Shown here: one piece after another, positions 7,530 to 16,263 of the stretch | Numbering within the stretch: position 1 is the stretch's first letter | Layout: each line of letters starts with the position of its first letter | Virus record (IMG/VR): IMGVR_UViG_3300050150_000054 | Location: 1-35,454 of that record | Reading direction: 5' to 3' (one strand) | DNA: 35,454 nt | Source: a virus | Lineage: Duplodnaviria; Caudoviricetes | Made by a program: the position numbers and the translations under genes | The notes under the pieces: generated by a model | What the model was told of the DNA's origin: nothing | The model's input: the letters and a program-made list of their open reading frames with translations, nothing else | Database searches by the model: none

Positions 7530-7879
7530 TATCACTATACAAAAACGGAATGTCTTATGAGATAATGCGGCAACGTTCCAAAATATCAAAAGACAAATTG
7601 TGCAAAATTATTAAACAATTAAAACTTGACGGGGTATTAAAAGACCGTAGCGAAAAAAAAGCAAACAGTGTGTCAAGACGCGAAAGGGTGACTTATGAGA
7701 AAAAGAGCTATGATTATCCTGCGCCAGATGATGCGGTTGATATAATGAACTTAAAGCATAACAGTTGCAGATTCCCGTTTCATGGTACTTTGTTTTGTGG
7801 TAAAATAAAAACCCCTGTATCATCATATTGCAAAGATCATGATGAATTATGTGTGACAATGAGGACAAAAACAAGATGA
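7505..7879 (+). CDS. gcrA: GcrA-like cell-cycle transcription regulator
   Basis: N-terminal HTH plus C-terminal IMNLKHNSCRFP...FCG......SYCKDH, matching GcrA L..L...CRWP...FCG......PYC..H. Confidence 0.8.
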   Translation: METINDKIISLYKNGMSYEIMRQRSKISKDKLCKIIKQLKLDGVLKDRSEKKANSVSRRERVTYEKKSYDYPAPDDAVDIMNLKHNSCRFPFHGTLFCGKIKTPVSSYCKDHDELCVTMRTKTR

Positions 7880-7992
7880 CATACCCAGTAAGCTATGACC
7901 CAAAGACAAAAACATGGATAACAATTAAAGGCGAACACACGTCATGGACAGAAGCGTTTCAGGCGATTAAGGATAAATTAACCCCTACATGA
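7876..7992 (+). CDS. 38-aa hypothetical protein
   Basis: ATGA overlap with gcrA; last early ORF before the terminator. Confidence 0.5.
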   Translation: MTYPVSYDPKTKTWITIKGEHTSWTEAFQAIKDKLTPT

Positions 7993-8019
7993 TACTATTA
8001 ATCATTCCCCCCCAGAGAG

Positions 8020-8049
8020 AAACACCCGCTTATTAGGCGGGTGTTTTTT
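8020..8049. terminator. Intrinsic terminator where the early and late arms converge
   Basis: AAACACCCGC-TTATTAG-GCGGGTGTTT followed by a T-run on the + strand; lies between convergent genes. Confidence 0.9.
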
Positions 8050-8053
8050 GTTG

Positions 8054-9430
8054 TTATGTTCTAGGGTCATCAACTTCAATTAATTCAACACAACCTATCT
8101 TAATAATAGGCGCTACTGAACCTCCACCGCGAACGGTAATCTCAACACGCCATCGAATTGTTGTACTTGCAGCATCTAATATAAATGCAGGTGTTTCAAG
8201 TAGTTGGTCGCGTGTTTTTGTTGCCCATTTTGATAAAAGACTACCTTTCTCAGTAAAGGCAACCTCTTTAAACGCTTGCCCACTCATTTTTGAGCCTGCT
8301 TGGTCTTCGACAAATAGTGTAATGCCATAGATTTGGTCTGATGCGTTTGTTTCAATTTCACAACGGCCTAAAACCCATTTACCACCTTTGTTATGGGTTG
8401 TGTTAGATGGGTTTGTTCTGAAATAGAAAATCTCATCAGTTGTTCCGCCCATAGTAAACGTCAACACTTGATTATTACCCCTGCCATCAGCCTTAGCCGC
8501 TATACTGTTTACAACGGTGCATAAAGATCCACTTGCACGTTCTACAGTGCCGCCAGAAATAACAGTTCCGCTTGAACCAGTTCCGTTTGTTCCTGCTGTT
8601 GCACCTAATAGAAAAGGGTTGATTGGAAGAATACTTCCGCGTTCATTATATGTTGCATCATAAATATTATCAGCAGACCATGCATTAATTGGAGCGGCAG
8701 GAAACACATTTTTAAGCCAGTTTGCAAAATCTTCACCGACATAATCACCACCCTCGACATCGAAGTGAGTACCGTCTCCAGTTCTTGCGGCGTATGGTGT
8801 GCCGTCTGCCGTTGTAAAATCAGTCCAAGCTTTATTCCAGTCATAAATAAATACACCATTGCGTTTTTTAGCAAATTCACGGCTTTTCGCATTAATCCAG
8901 TTAGCTTGCTTTCTTGCAACGCCACCCGAAGCCCAAACAGAAGTTGAACGAGATAGAATAGGCAAAAGAACGACACGTTTACCGTATGCTAAAAACTGGT
9001 CAACTAACCATTCACGTTGAGATTGGATATATTCTTTTGTTAAAGCCCCCGCCATATCATTTGTGCCGCCATCAATAACAATAATGTCAAATTTATCAAT
9101 ATAATTGGCAATAATATAAGGAACACGAGCAACGATTTGATCAATTGTTTGACCAGAAACACCAAAATTAAGACCTTGGAAATATCGAGTTGTTCCACCC
9201 ACGCCAGACGGCTCCCATCCTGTAAGGATGGTTGAATCTTGCCATACAGGGCATTTAAAAATGCCTTTGCTATATGCCATAGCTTGGACAAACCAACCAC
9301 GCGCCATACTCCTTACAGAGTTTGTTGCGCCAAAGTGATTTTGTTGAATTAGGGATGTGCCTAAAAAGGCCATTCTATTACCAGCGGCTTTACTTCCATT
9401 ATCTCTAGGCGTTCCGACTGCTCTTAACAT
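8054..9430 (-). CDS. SGNH/GDSL esterase with a C-terminal beta-rich domain
   Basis: Blocks FLGTS, GVSG, DGGTND and DGTH; AAGGAG RBS. Confidence 0.85.
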   Translation of the reverse strand: MLRAVGTPRDNGSKAAGNRMAFLGTSLIQQNHFGATNSVRSMARGWFVQAMAYSKGIFKCPVWQDSTILTGWEPSGVGGTTRYFQGLNFGVSGQTIDQIVARVPYIIANYIDKFDIIVIDGGTNDMAGALTKEYIQSQREWLVDQFLAYGKRVVLLPILSRSTSVWASGGVARKQANWINAKSREFAKKRNGVFIYDWNKAWTDFTTADGTPYAARTGDGTHFDVEGGDYVGEDFANWLKNVFPAAPINAWSADNIYDATYNERGSILPINPFLLGATAGTNGTGSSGTVISGGTVERASGSLCTVVNSIAAKADGRGNNQVLTFTMGGTTDEIFYFRTNPSNTTHNKGGKWVLGRCEIETNASDQIYGITLFVEDQAGSKMSGQAFKEVAFTEKGSLLSKWATKTRDQLLETPAFILDAASTTIRWRVEITVRGGGSVAPIIKIGCVELIEVDDPRT

Positions 9431-9452
9431 TTTTATTCTCCTTAAATTAAAA

Positions 9453-9878
9453 TTATTTCTTTACTTTTGGCGCAAGTCCAGTTGTTACGCCGTTAATCTT
9501 TTCAACCGTCCGCATTGCGCCAAGTCCTAACATACCAAGTAATACAGTCATAAGCGCGTCCATATCGAACACGGGTAATGTATAATCAAGCCCATAGACG
9601 GCAAAAATAAACGCAAGAAACGGTTGGATAATAAAATGATACGCCAATGCAAAGCCACATATCCAACCGATAAAAGGACGCCATCCTGCGACAAATACAG
9701 ATGCATGTTGCGCTTCGATTTTATTAACTTCAGATTGTTGTTGCGCTTGTGCATTAGCCGCATCCATGACTTCTTTCATAAATGTTTCTTGAGCTTTTGC
9801 CCGCGCATTAGGGTCAGGAATTAAGCCAAGTAATTTATCAAGTGCCGTGCCGATAATTGGTAATAATGCTGTAATCAT
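9453..9878 (-). CDS. Holin, 3TM gene-transfer-release (GTA_holin_3TM) type
   Basis: SVFVAGWRPFIGWICG and LLGMLGLGAMRTVEK. The likely start is 9878, through an ATGA overlap. Confidence 0.88.
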   Translation of the reverse strand: MITALLPIIGTALDKLLGLIPDPNARAKAQETFMKEVMDAANAQAQQQSEVNKIEAQHASVFVAGWRPFIGWICGFALAYHFIIQPFLAFIFAVYGLDYTLPVFDMDALMTVLLGMLGLGAMRTVEKINGVTTGLAPKVKK

Positions 9879-10030
9879 TTCCAAAACTCCCACCATTTTT
9901 TGCATTCAGTCAAATATGCTTTTCTTACACAACGGCGCACAACTTCAGCATGTGATATTTTATGATACTTTGCGCCGCCTTCAATCAATGCCGCTTGTCT
10001 ATCTGTAAATGTGACCGTTATGCGTTTCAT
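9875..10030 (-). CDS. 51-aa ribbon-helix-helix-like protein with a KKWWEFWK tail (not in the ORF track)
   Basis: MKRITVTFTDRQAALIEGGAKYHKISHAEVVRRCVRKAYLTECKKWWEFWK; GAGAGG RBS; ATGA overlaps with both lysin and holin. Confidence 0.8.
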   Translation of the reverse strand: MKRITVTFTDRQAALIEGGAKYHKISHAEVVRRCVRKAYLTECKKWWEFWK

Positions 10031-10452
10031 AATGAAACCTCTCTTAATAAATCAGTTACTTTCTTTGCCCTGTTTGGCACTTGACGCGCCCATAAGCTTT
10101 GAAGCGCATTATCCGCCGCCGCATTATAAGAACCATTCTTGATTAACTCTAATGTGTTTTTAAACCCCTTGAATTTTTTAATACCAAGGTTAAAGCACAT
10201 ATTAGCCATTGCTCTTTGAACGTTTTCAGGGTGGCGTCTCCACCAAGGGAACTCTTTATCAAGGGAACTCTCAACACGGACAATATCATTTTCAAGTAAG
10301 AAACTTGCTTCATCTTCTGTAATACCGCCGCCTAATTGTTTATCAACTAAACGCCCATATCCGATAGTCAAATAACCAAGGCTATCTTTATACGCGTTCG
10401 GCATAAAACCTTCATCGGCCTTCAAGTCTTTAGCAAGTTTAAATCTATCCAT
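10027..10452 (-). CDS. Endolysin, GH24 (T4-like) lysozyme
   Basis: DEG....YKDSLGYLTIGYG catalytic E/D/T triad, NMCFNLG and SLWARQVPNRA. Confidence 0.93.
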   Translation of the reverse strand: MDRFKLAKDLKADEGFMPNAYKDSLGYLTIGYGRLVDKQLGGGITEDEASFLLENDIVRVESSLDKEFPWWRRHPENVQRAMANMCFNLGIKKFKGFKNTLELIKNGSYNAAADNALQSLWARQVPNRAKKVTDLLREVSL

Positions 10453-10662
10453 CTAATGCCATCCTAAAATTTTTGATAAAACTACAACCATCATACCAGC
10501 TAACCCAATTTCATGGAATGATTTTGATTTCACCGCATGACGATTAACTGGTTGAAATTCCAATCCATTAAACGCAGACGGGTTATCATTCACGGCGCAA
10601 ATTAATCTCTTGCACGCCGCCCTAACTTTTAAATGACTATGCATCAAATCATTTTTTAGCAT
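10453..10662 (-). CDS. Hypothetical lysis-region protein with a hydrophobic C-terminus
   Basis: ORF abuts the lysin and overlaps the upstream gene. Confidence 0.55.
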   Translation of the reverse strand: MLKNDLMHSHLKVRAACKRLICAVNDNPSAFNGLEFQPVNRHAVKSKSFHEIGLAGMMVVVLSKILGWH

Positions 10663-10864
10663 TTATAACACCCGTTAAAATATTAACCGCTTCAGCCACT
10701 TCTAATAGGGTTTTGTTAGTCTCTTTGCGCTCTGAAAACCAAGCCCGTTGCAAAAATAAAACATAGGCCATAAGAATAACAATAAATATAGCCTCAAGCG
10801 CAATGACTTGATTATCATTGTTCGTAAATCTTTGCGGGTCGGGAATTGATATTTCGGAGGTCAT
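10649..10864 (-). CDS. Single-TM protein, possible holin/antiholin
   Basis: TM segment VIALEAIFIVILMAYVLFL; lies upstream of the lysin. Confidence 0.55.
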   Translation of the reverse strand: MTSEISIPDPQRFTNNDNQVIALEAIFIVILMAYVLFLQRAWFSERKETNKTLLEVAEAVNILTGVINAKK

Positions 10865-10872
10865 ATTTATTC

Positions 10873-11805
10873 CTAATAATGGTATACAAAGTTATACGTT
10901 CCAGCATCCCATGTGCTTACACCATCTGCACAACGAATGCGAAGTTGAGTTAAAGCCCCAGAGAGTGATTTTGACCCACCGAAAACACCATTAAGCCCCG
11001 CGCTGTCAGACGAAAAAAACATTCCTTCAATTATCCAAGTATTTGTGGCCGCGTTTTGGAGGATGATGTTTATTTTCCCGTCAAAAAGTTTTGCCGCCAT
11101 CCCGCCCGTACCGAAAGCAGCACCTAATGGGATGCTATCTGTTCTTTGGCTTTGGGATGTTCCTATAAAGGCTGATGTTCCCTTATAACCAGTAACTTCA
11201 AATCCATCCACGGATCCTAGTTGCAATACAAGGTCTCCTGTATTAGCATTATTATTATTTGTATTTGATACTTGATTTAAAGATATTTCTACACGTTTCA
11301 CGCCTGAAGGAATTGACGATAAAGAAATATCAACACCAGTTCCAACAGATACAGACGCAGACGTAAAATCAAAGAATGGCAATATGTAAGTTTTTGCTAA
11401 ATCTAATATCCCTTGAATGGTATCTCTTTTTGTAGTGTTTCCATCCGAAGCGTCAGCAAAAATAAAACTATCAGCCGTAGCAACAACATCCTCTGTAAAG
11501 TTTGCCACAATATCATCAACGGTTGATTCTTGTGTTGAAAAAGCGGTGACGTTATCTGTTTCGCGGATTAGGTTGCCTAAACTATCTTCAAGCCTAAACT
11601 TATAAGAACCAGATAGAAATACAACAGAACGACCAGCACTATCCAAAACAATAGGATTTGCGTTAGGAGTTGCGCCCCCTTCATTCGTATAAGTTGCTTT
11701 AGGCATAACAGTACCAGCGGCGTAGGTATATAACTTACCACCATTTAAAGGGTCACCGTTATTGTCGAAAAACTGCACAAAGTGCGGGGTGTATAGTACC
11801 GCCAT
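10873..11805 (-). CDS. Tail fibre/spike with a P22-like N-terminal virion-anchor domain
   Basis: QFFDNNGDPLNGGKLYTYAAGT...NANPIVLDSAGR head-binding pattern; located after the ejection genes. Confidence 0.8.
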   Translation of the reverse strand: MAVLYTPHFVQFFDNNGDPLNGGKLYTYAAGTVMPKATYTNEGGATPNANPIVLDSAGRSVVFLSGSYKFRLEDSLGNLIRETDNVTAFSTQESTVDDIVANFTEDVVATADSFIFADASDGNTTKRDTIQGILDLAKTYILPFFDFTSASVSVGTGVDISLSSIPSGVKRVEISLNQVSNTNNNNANTGDLVLQLGSVDGFEVTGYKGTSAFIGTSQSQRTDSIPLGAAFGTGGMAAKLFDGKINIILQNAATNTWIIEGMFFSSDSAGLNGVFGGSKSLSGALTQLRIRCADGVSTWDAGTYNFVYHY

Positions 11806-11806
11806 A

Positions 11807-13417
11807 TTATTTTACCTCGCTATTACTTAATATTGAACTTGCCTTAGCAACTGGCATTGACATTACTTGTGATAAAAATTTATTCTTTTCAGCTTGTGGT
11901 AGATCGTTTATCATTTGTCTTGAGATTTTACCACCTTGCTCAATCACGCGCAAAAGGTTTTCAGCCTTGCCGCTTGCTAATGCTTTTTGACCAGAGCGAG
12001 CCGCAGTGCCAACAACTGGAACTAACGCACCTATTCCAGTGCTTCCTGCCCCAATACCAGATGCAAGACCACTAATAACAGGCAAAGCAGTATTTCCAAC
12101 AGCACGACCGCCACCTAAATCAAAACCGAACTTGCCGAGGAGTTTTAAAACACCTTCACCTGTAGTTTGTGTTGAAGCTTGTTTTAATGCTTCTAATTCA
12201 GCATCAGACCACCCCAAAGTGTTTTTAGGATTAGTTCTAAATTTCTCTAAATCTCGTTTTAACTTATTGGCATCATTAGCCGCACCTGTAATTATTTGGC
12301 CTATTTTCTCAAATCGTTTACTTTTTGCCCATTCAGAACGTGCAGCCTTAAGAGCTTGAACAGCAGTATCATCACCAGATAATAATTTATCGGGCGTTAA
12401 ATTATCAATAAAATCATCAATAAAGCCAATTGCACGACCAGCAGCTTCAGCTTCTTGAGCCTTATTAGGATTAGTAATATCCTTTGCAAGGTTGCCTAAA
12501 ATCTGTCTATGACGGTCTAAAGTCATTAAACCAGTATTACCAGCCGCGATATCATCACCTAAATCTTTAATTGCGCCTAAAGTCGATGAGTAAAGTTTTT
12601 GAGACGCTATATCTTTGTTTTTTACTACACTAGCCAAATCATTTAATAATGGTTGAACCGCATCAGGCTTAGCTAATACTCCCGCATTATCAGCAACAGA
12701 ATATAGAGAACGAGAACCTTCTTTAATTGCGCCCAAAGCTTCAGATATCGCATCTTCTCCTCTTGCGCCAATCCCTTTAATTATGTTTTTAGTTCCACCC
12801 AACGCAGATTTCCCAACACTCCCTAAGACAGGTAAAGCACCACCAAGAGCGGCGGCAGGAACGGCATAAGAGAGAGCAGCTTTAGCTTTATCTTCAATAC
12901 CACCAGTTTCTTTATTAGCCCCATATATTCCAGCGGGAAGGGCAGAAATAGCAGCGTTTTTGACGATACGCGACCCAAGTCCACCTTTGCCAGCCCAAGT
13001 ACCCAACCCTGTTGATGGAGACATGATTGCGGGTGCAAGTGCGCCTGTGATTTGTCCACTAATATATGACCCTTTGTTTTGTTCTTCAGCTTGTTTTTGT
13101 AATGCTATATTTGCATCTCTTTGTGATGTATAAATATCAGAAAAATATTGTTCTGTGTCTGGTCTTGTTCCAATAAACTCACCGATAGATTGACCTATAG
13201 CCGCACCAGCGGCACGCATTTTTGGGTCAAGTCCAAAGCTAGCGGTATCAGCAACACCAGTTGTAAAAGACTGTATAGGCAATATTCTTTGTTGCTCTAA
13301 TTTTGGCGCAGAAGATTTTTCAATAGGAAATTTCTGACGCAATACACCCTTAATCTCATCAGGTGACATTGTATCAGGAAATTCAATTTCTTGCCCGTTT
13401 ACTTGTACAATTGGCAT
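11807..13417 (-). CDS. DNA ejection/internal virion protein (P22 gp16 position)
   Basis: Ala/Gly-rich helical protein with an EFPD.MS.DEI N-terminus; synteny. Confidence 0.65.
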   Translation of the reverse strand: MPIVQVNGQEIEFPDTMSPDEIKGVLRQKFPIEKSSAPKLEQQRILPIQSFTTGVADTASFGLDPKMRAAGAAIGQSIGEFIGTRPDTEQYFSDIYTSQRDANIALQKQAEEQNKGSYISGQITGALAPAIMSPSTGLGTWAGKGGLGSRIVKNAAISALPAGIYGANKETGGIEDKAKAALSYAVPAAALGGALPVLGSVGKSALGGTKNIIKGIGARGEDAISEALGAIKEGSRSLYSVADNAGVLAKPDAVQPLLNDLASVVKNKDIASQKLYSSTLGAIKDLGDDIAAGNTGLMTLDRHRQILGNLAKDITNPNKAQEAEAAGRAIGFIDDFIDNLTPDKLLSGDDTAVQALKAARSEWAKSKRFEKIGQIITGAANDANKLKRDLEKFRTNPKNTLGWSDAELEALKQASTQTTGEGVLKLLGKFGFDLGGGRAVGNTALPVISGLASGIGAGSTGIGALVPVVGTAARSGQKALASGKAENLLRVIEQGGKISRQMINDLPQAEKNKFLSQVMSMPVAKASSILSNSEVK

Positions 13418-14364
13418 TATTCTAACTCACCTGTTAATGGGTTATATACTAGTCTTTTTTTAGGTTTTTTGCTATCAAATTCAGCTTTGCTTTTATCAAA
13501 TAATGATTGTGTTGTTTCTGGTGTAATAATTGGCGTTTTAGGCGGTTGAGTTAACCCACCTGTTTGTTGATTTTGTGATTGCGCCGCATCTAACCATTGT
13601 TGCATTGGGTCTTGTTGTGCTTTTTGTTGCGCTCTTTCACTAGCCCTAATCACTATCTCTTTAAATTCTTGTAAAGATTTTCTAAAGGCTTCTTCTGATT
13701 GTGAAGCCTGCATTGATGCGATTGCGTTTGTTGCTTTCTGCCCCTCAATTTCAGTAATTGCACCACCGCCTTTTAAACTTTCAAAAGCTTGCAAGAATTG
13801 CTTACCGCCCAACTGGTCAAGTTTTGCCTGAAAATCAGCTGCTGGTGTTCCTGGTATATTTCCTAAAAATGGAATTCTTCCTCCCAATGGATTTGGCATA
13901 CCAACAACAGCAGATAGCCCTTTACTATTTTCAATACTATCTAATGTATCAAGAAGTTGCCTTGTGTTTTCTTGTGATTGCCCCATTCCCATTTGTGCTT
14001 TTGCTAAATCTTCAGCTTTAACCTTTGCACTAGCTTGCGCACCAGAAACCATAGCCTCAAATTCTGGCATTTCAGACATTTTAGGGGTAACTGTATATTG
14101 TTCTTGAATACCACCCAATGGATTACGAACAGCCATTTGACCGCCCAAATTCATAATCTGGTCAGCGCGTTTCATTTGCAAGTATCTTTGTTGGTCTTCA
14201 GCAGGCATGGAGTTATATGCATTCCACTCTTTTATTGCCGCAGGGTCTTGACCTGTAGCCGATCGCATAGCTTTTTGCCTTTCAAGCGCAAAGAGTTGCG
14301 CTTCTCTATCAAAATCCTGCTTTGTCTTAATACGTCCGAAAACGCCTAAATCTGGGCTTGCCAT
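13417..14364 (-). CDS. DNA ejection protein (P22 gp20 position)
   Basis: Gln-rich with LKGGGAITEIEG; synteny. Confidence 0.65.
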   Translation of the reverse strand: MASPDLGVFGRIKTKQDFDREAQLFALERQKAMRSATGQDPAAIKEWNAYNSMPAEDQQRYLQMKRADQIMNLGGQMAVRNPLGGIQEQYTVTPKMSEMPEFEAMVSGAQASAKVKAEDLAKAQMGMGQSQENTRQLLDTLDSIENSKGLSAVVGMPNPLGGRIPFLGNIPGTPAADFQAKLDQLGGKQFLQAFESLKGGGAITEIEGQKATNAIASMQASQSEEAFRKSLQEFKEIVIRASERAQQKAQQDPMQQWLDAAQSQNQQTGGLTQPPKTPIITPETTQSLFDKSKAEFDSKKPKKRLVYNPLTGELE

Positions 14365-15392
14365 TATGCACCTTCTTCATCGAGATAAACGACTTTTCCG
14401 TTAGCATCAATATAACTTTTGCGGCCTAAAATATTAGACAGAGTGCCTGTTAAAATATTGCTTTTTGTAACGCCGCTATTTGCTCCGATATTTCCTAAGT
14501 TGCCGTATGTATCAATCATTCCACTTGTTGCACCAGAGCCATAATTAGTAAGGCCAGAGTTGCGCTGTAACCATTGATTATAAGCATCGTTATAAGACTG
14601 TGACGCTAAACCTTGCCCATAATCTTGTGCCGCTTTAAGAGCCGCACCACTATCACCTAAACCACGCGCCGCAAGTGACCGTTCAAGAGCTTGATTGCCC
14701 TGTTGTAATCGGAATTGATAACCAGCGTCACTTTCAATTTGTGATGGGTCAAAACCAGATTGTAATGAAGATAAGCCTTGTTGACCAGCAGATAGCCAAG
14801 GTTGCAAAGCTTCCTGTGATTGCATTTGTGCTTTTCTCAATTCTTCTTCAGCACTATCAGCAGTCATATATGAGTTTGCCGCGCCTAATAAATTTCCTGT
14901 CGTCCCAGATAGTGAAGAGCTTAATGCTTTACCTAACCCACCGCCACCGCTTGAGCCTATAATTCCTTCAGTAGCAGGTGCAGACGCGCCTTGAACGCCA
15001 GCACCTAGTGGCGTTGTCGCTTCAGAACCAAATAACCCCCTTGATATATCACCAGCGTTTGCGCCTACGCCACCACCTACCGCGCCCAACAAAGCCCCCT
15101 TAAGGCCGCCAGATGCACCACCTAATAATGCACCACTCAACCCACTACCTATTGTTTGCGAACCGACCTGACCTCCTAGTCCAACAGCTTTACTGATAGA
15201 AGAACCTACCGCGTTTCCTAGGCCGCCACTTGACGCGCCTAAAGCACCACCAGCACCACCAAGTAATGCGCCCTTAAGACCACCACCACCCATTGCGCCT
15301 ATGCCAGCACCCAACGCCGCGCCTGCTAACGTTCCAACCCCAGGAATAAACTGCAAAGCAATCGGCGCGATTTTTTTAATTAAACTAGACAT
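14364..15392 (-). CDS. DNA ejection/pilot protein (P22 gp7-like)
   Basis: Gly-rich N-half and GYQFRLQQG...AARG..SGAALKAAQDYGQGLAS motif. Confidence 0.75.
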   Translation of the reverse strand: MSSLIKKIAPIALQFIPGVGTLAGAALGAGIGAMGGGGLKGALLGGAGGALGASSGGLGNAVGSSISKAVGLGGQVGSQTIGSGLSGALLGGASGGLKGALLGAVGGGVGANAGDISRGLFGSEATTPLGAGVQGASAPATEGIIGSSGGGGLGKALSSSLSGTTGNLLGAANSYMTADSAEEELRKAQMQSQEALQPWLSAGQQGLSSLQSGFDPSQIESDAGYQFRLQQGNQALERSLAARGLGDSGAALKAAQDYGQGLASQSYNDAYNQWLQRNSGLTNYGSGATSGMIDTYGNLGNIGANSGVTKSNILTGTLSNILGRKSYIDANGKVVYLDEEGA

Positions 15393-15394
15393 TT

Positions 15395-15838
15395 TTACCT
15401 CACTAAAACAACACTAAAAACTTCAAAATTATATTTCTTAAACAAATTTACAAAAGCCGCATCTTTACCAATATTTGCAGTCGCCTTTACAAAAACCCTT
15501 ACACATTTATTTTTATCAAACCAATCGCAAGCAGCTTTTAGTAATTCACGACCTGCACCAGTTCCGCGCGCTTCTGGCTTAATATAAAATTCTTGTATGT
15601 CACCGACGTTTTCAGTCTGAAAATCATTTTCAATCGAAACCATGACACAACCCATCAACTCACCATTATCATCCCTAATCTGAAAAATATCGCAGTCAGG
15701 CAATACTATATTTGTATAAAAACTTTTAATCGCGTTATCTTCATTAAACGTCCACCCCCAATTTGATTCTGTTAAAAACTGCTTTGCTAAACAAAGCAAA
15801 TCTGGAACATCTTCTAATGTCGCGCTTGTTACTTTCAT
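15395..15838 (-). CDS. GNAT acetyltransferase (P22 gp14 position)
   Basis: FYIKPEARGTGAGRELL acetyl-CoA-binding motif A. Confidence 0.88.
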   Translation of the reverse strand: MKVTSATLEDVPDLLCLAKQFLTESNWGWTFNEDNAIKSFYTNIVLPDCDIFQIRDDNGELMGCVMVSIENDFQTENVGDIQEFYIKPEARGTGAGRELLKAACDWFDKNKCVRVFVKATANIGKDAAFVNLFKKYNFEVFSVVLVR

Positions 15839-16263
15839 CGAACCTCAACCATTCCTATAATAGTGATTGGCAACGTAACAGCCGACCACGCAGGGAGAAA
15901 AATTCTATTGTTAGCAGATACGCAATGACCAGAGTTTGTTCCAGTTCCACCAGAGACAGCAAAGCAAATGCCATCGTTTGACATTGTGAGAGGGAAATTA
16001 TTAATATATGTTGCCGCCGCCGTCGATGTTGTATTTGTCGCTGGTGTAATTGTTATTGCAAAATAGCAAAGTCTACGGCCTATTCGATAATAACGTCCTG
16101 TTAATGTTGGAGTTCCTACACTACCTAAACTAACCGCAGTCGGTGTCCATGATGTGCCAGTGTCACCTTCATAAAGAGAGTTAAAAAACAATATCCAAGA
16201 AAGGTTTGCTTTTCCTTCTTGGTCTGTTAAATAATCGTTAATTGGCGCAGGGGATACACTCAC
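15835..16263 (-). CDS. Tail needle/plug-position virion protein
   Basis: Follows the gp10-like gene; W..FF..L N-terminus and beta-rich C-domain. Confidence 0.55.
   Translation of the reverse strand: MSVSPAPINDYLTDQEGKANLSWILFFNSLYEGDTGTSWTPTAVSLGSVGTPTLTGRYYRIGRRLCYFAITITPATNTTSTAAATYINNFPLTMSNDGICFAVSGGTGTNSGHCVSANNRIFLPAWSAVTLPITIIGMVEVR

Noticed and set aside
14900-15392. Gly-rich quasi-repeats (GGLKGALLG twice)
   Set aside because: Low complexity of this kind is typical of pilot/ejection proteins.
15395-15838. GNAT as a toxin or novel accessory gene
   Set aside because: It occupies the usual podovirus slot between tail and ejection genes and has no adjacent antitoxin.
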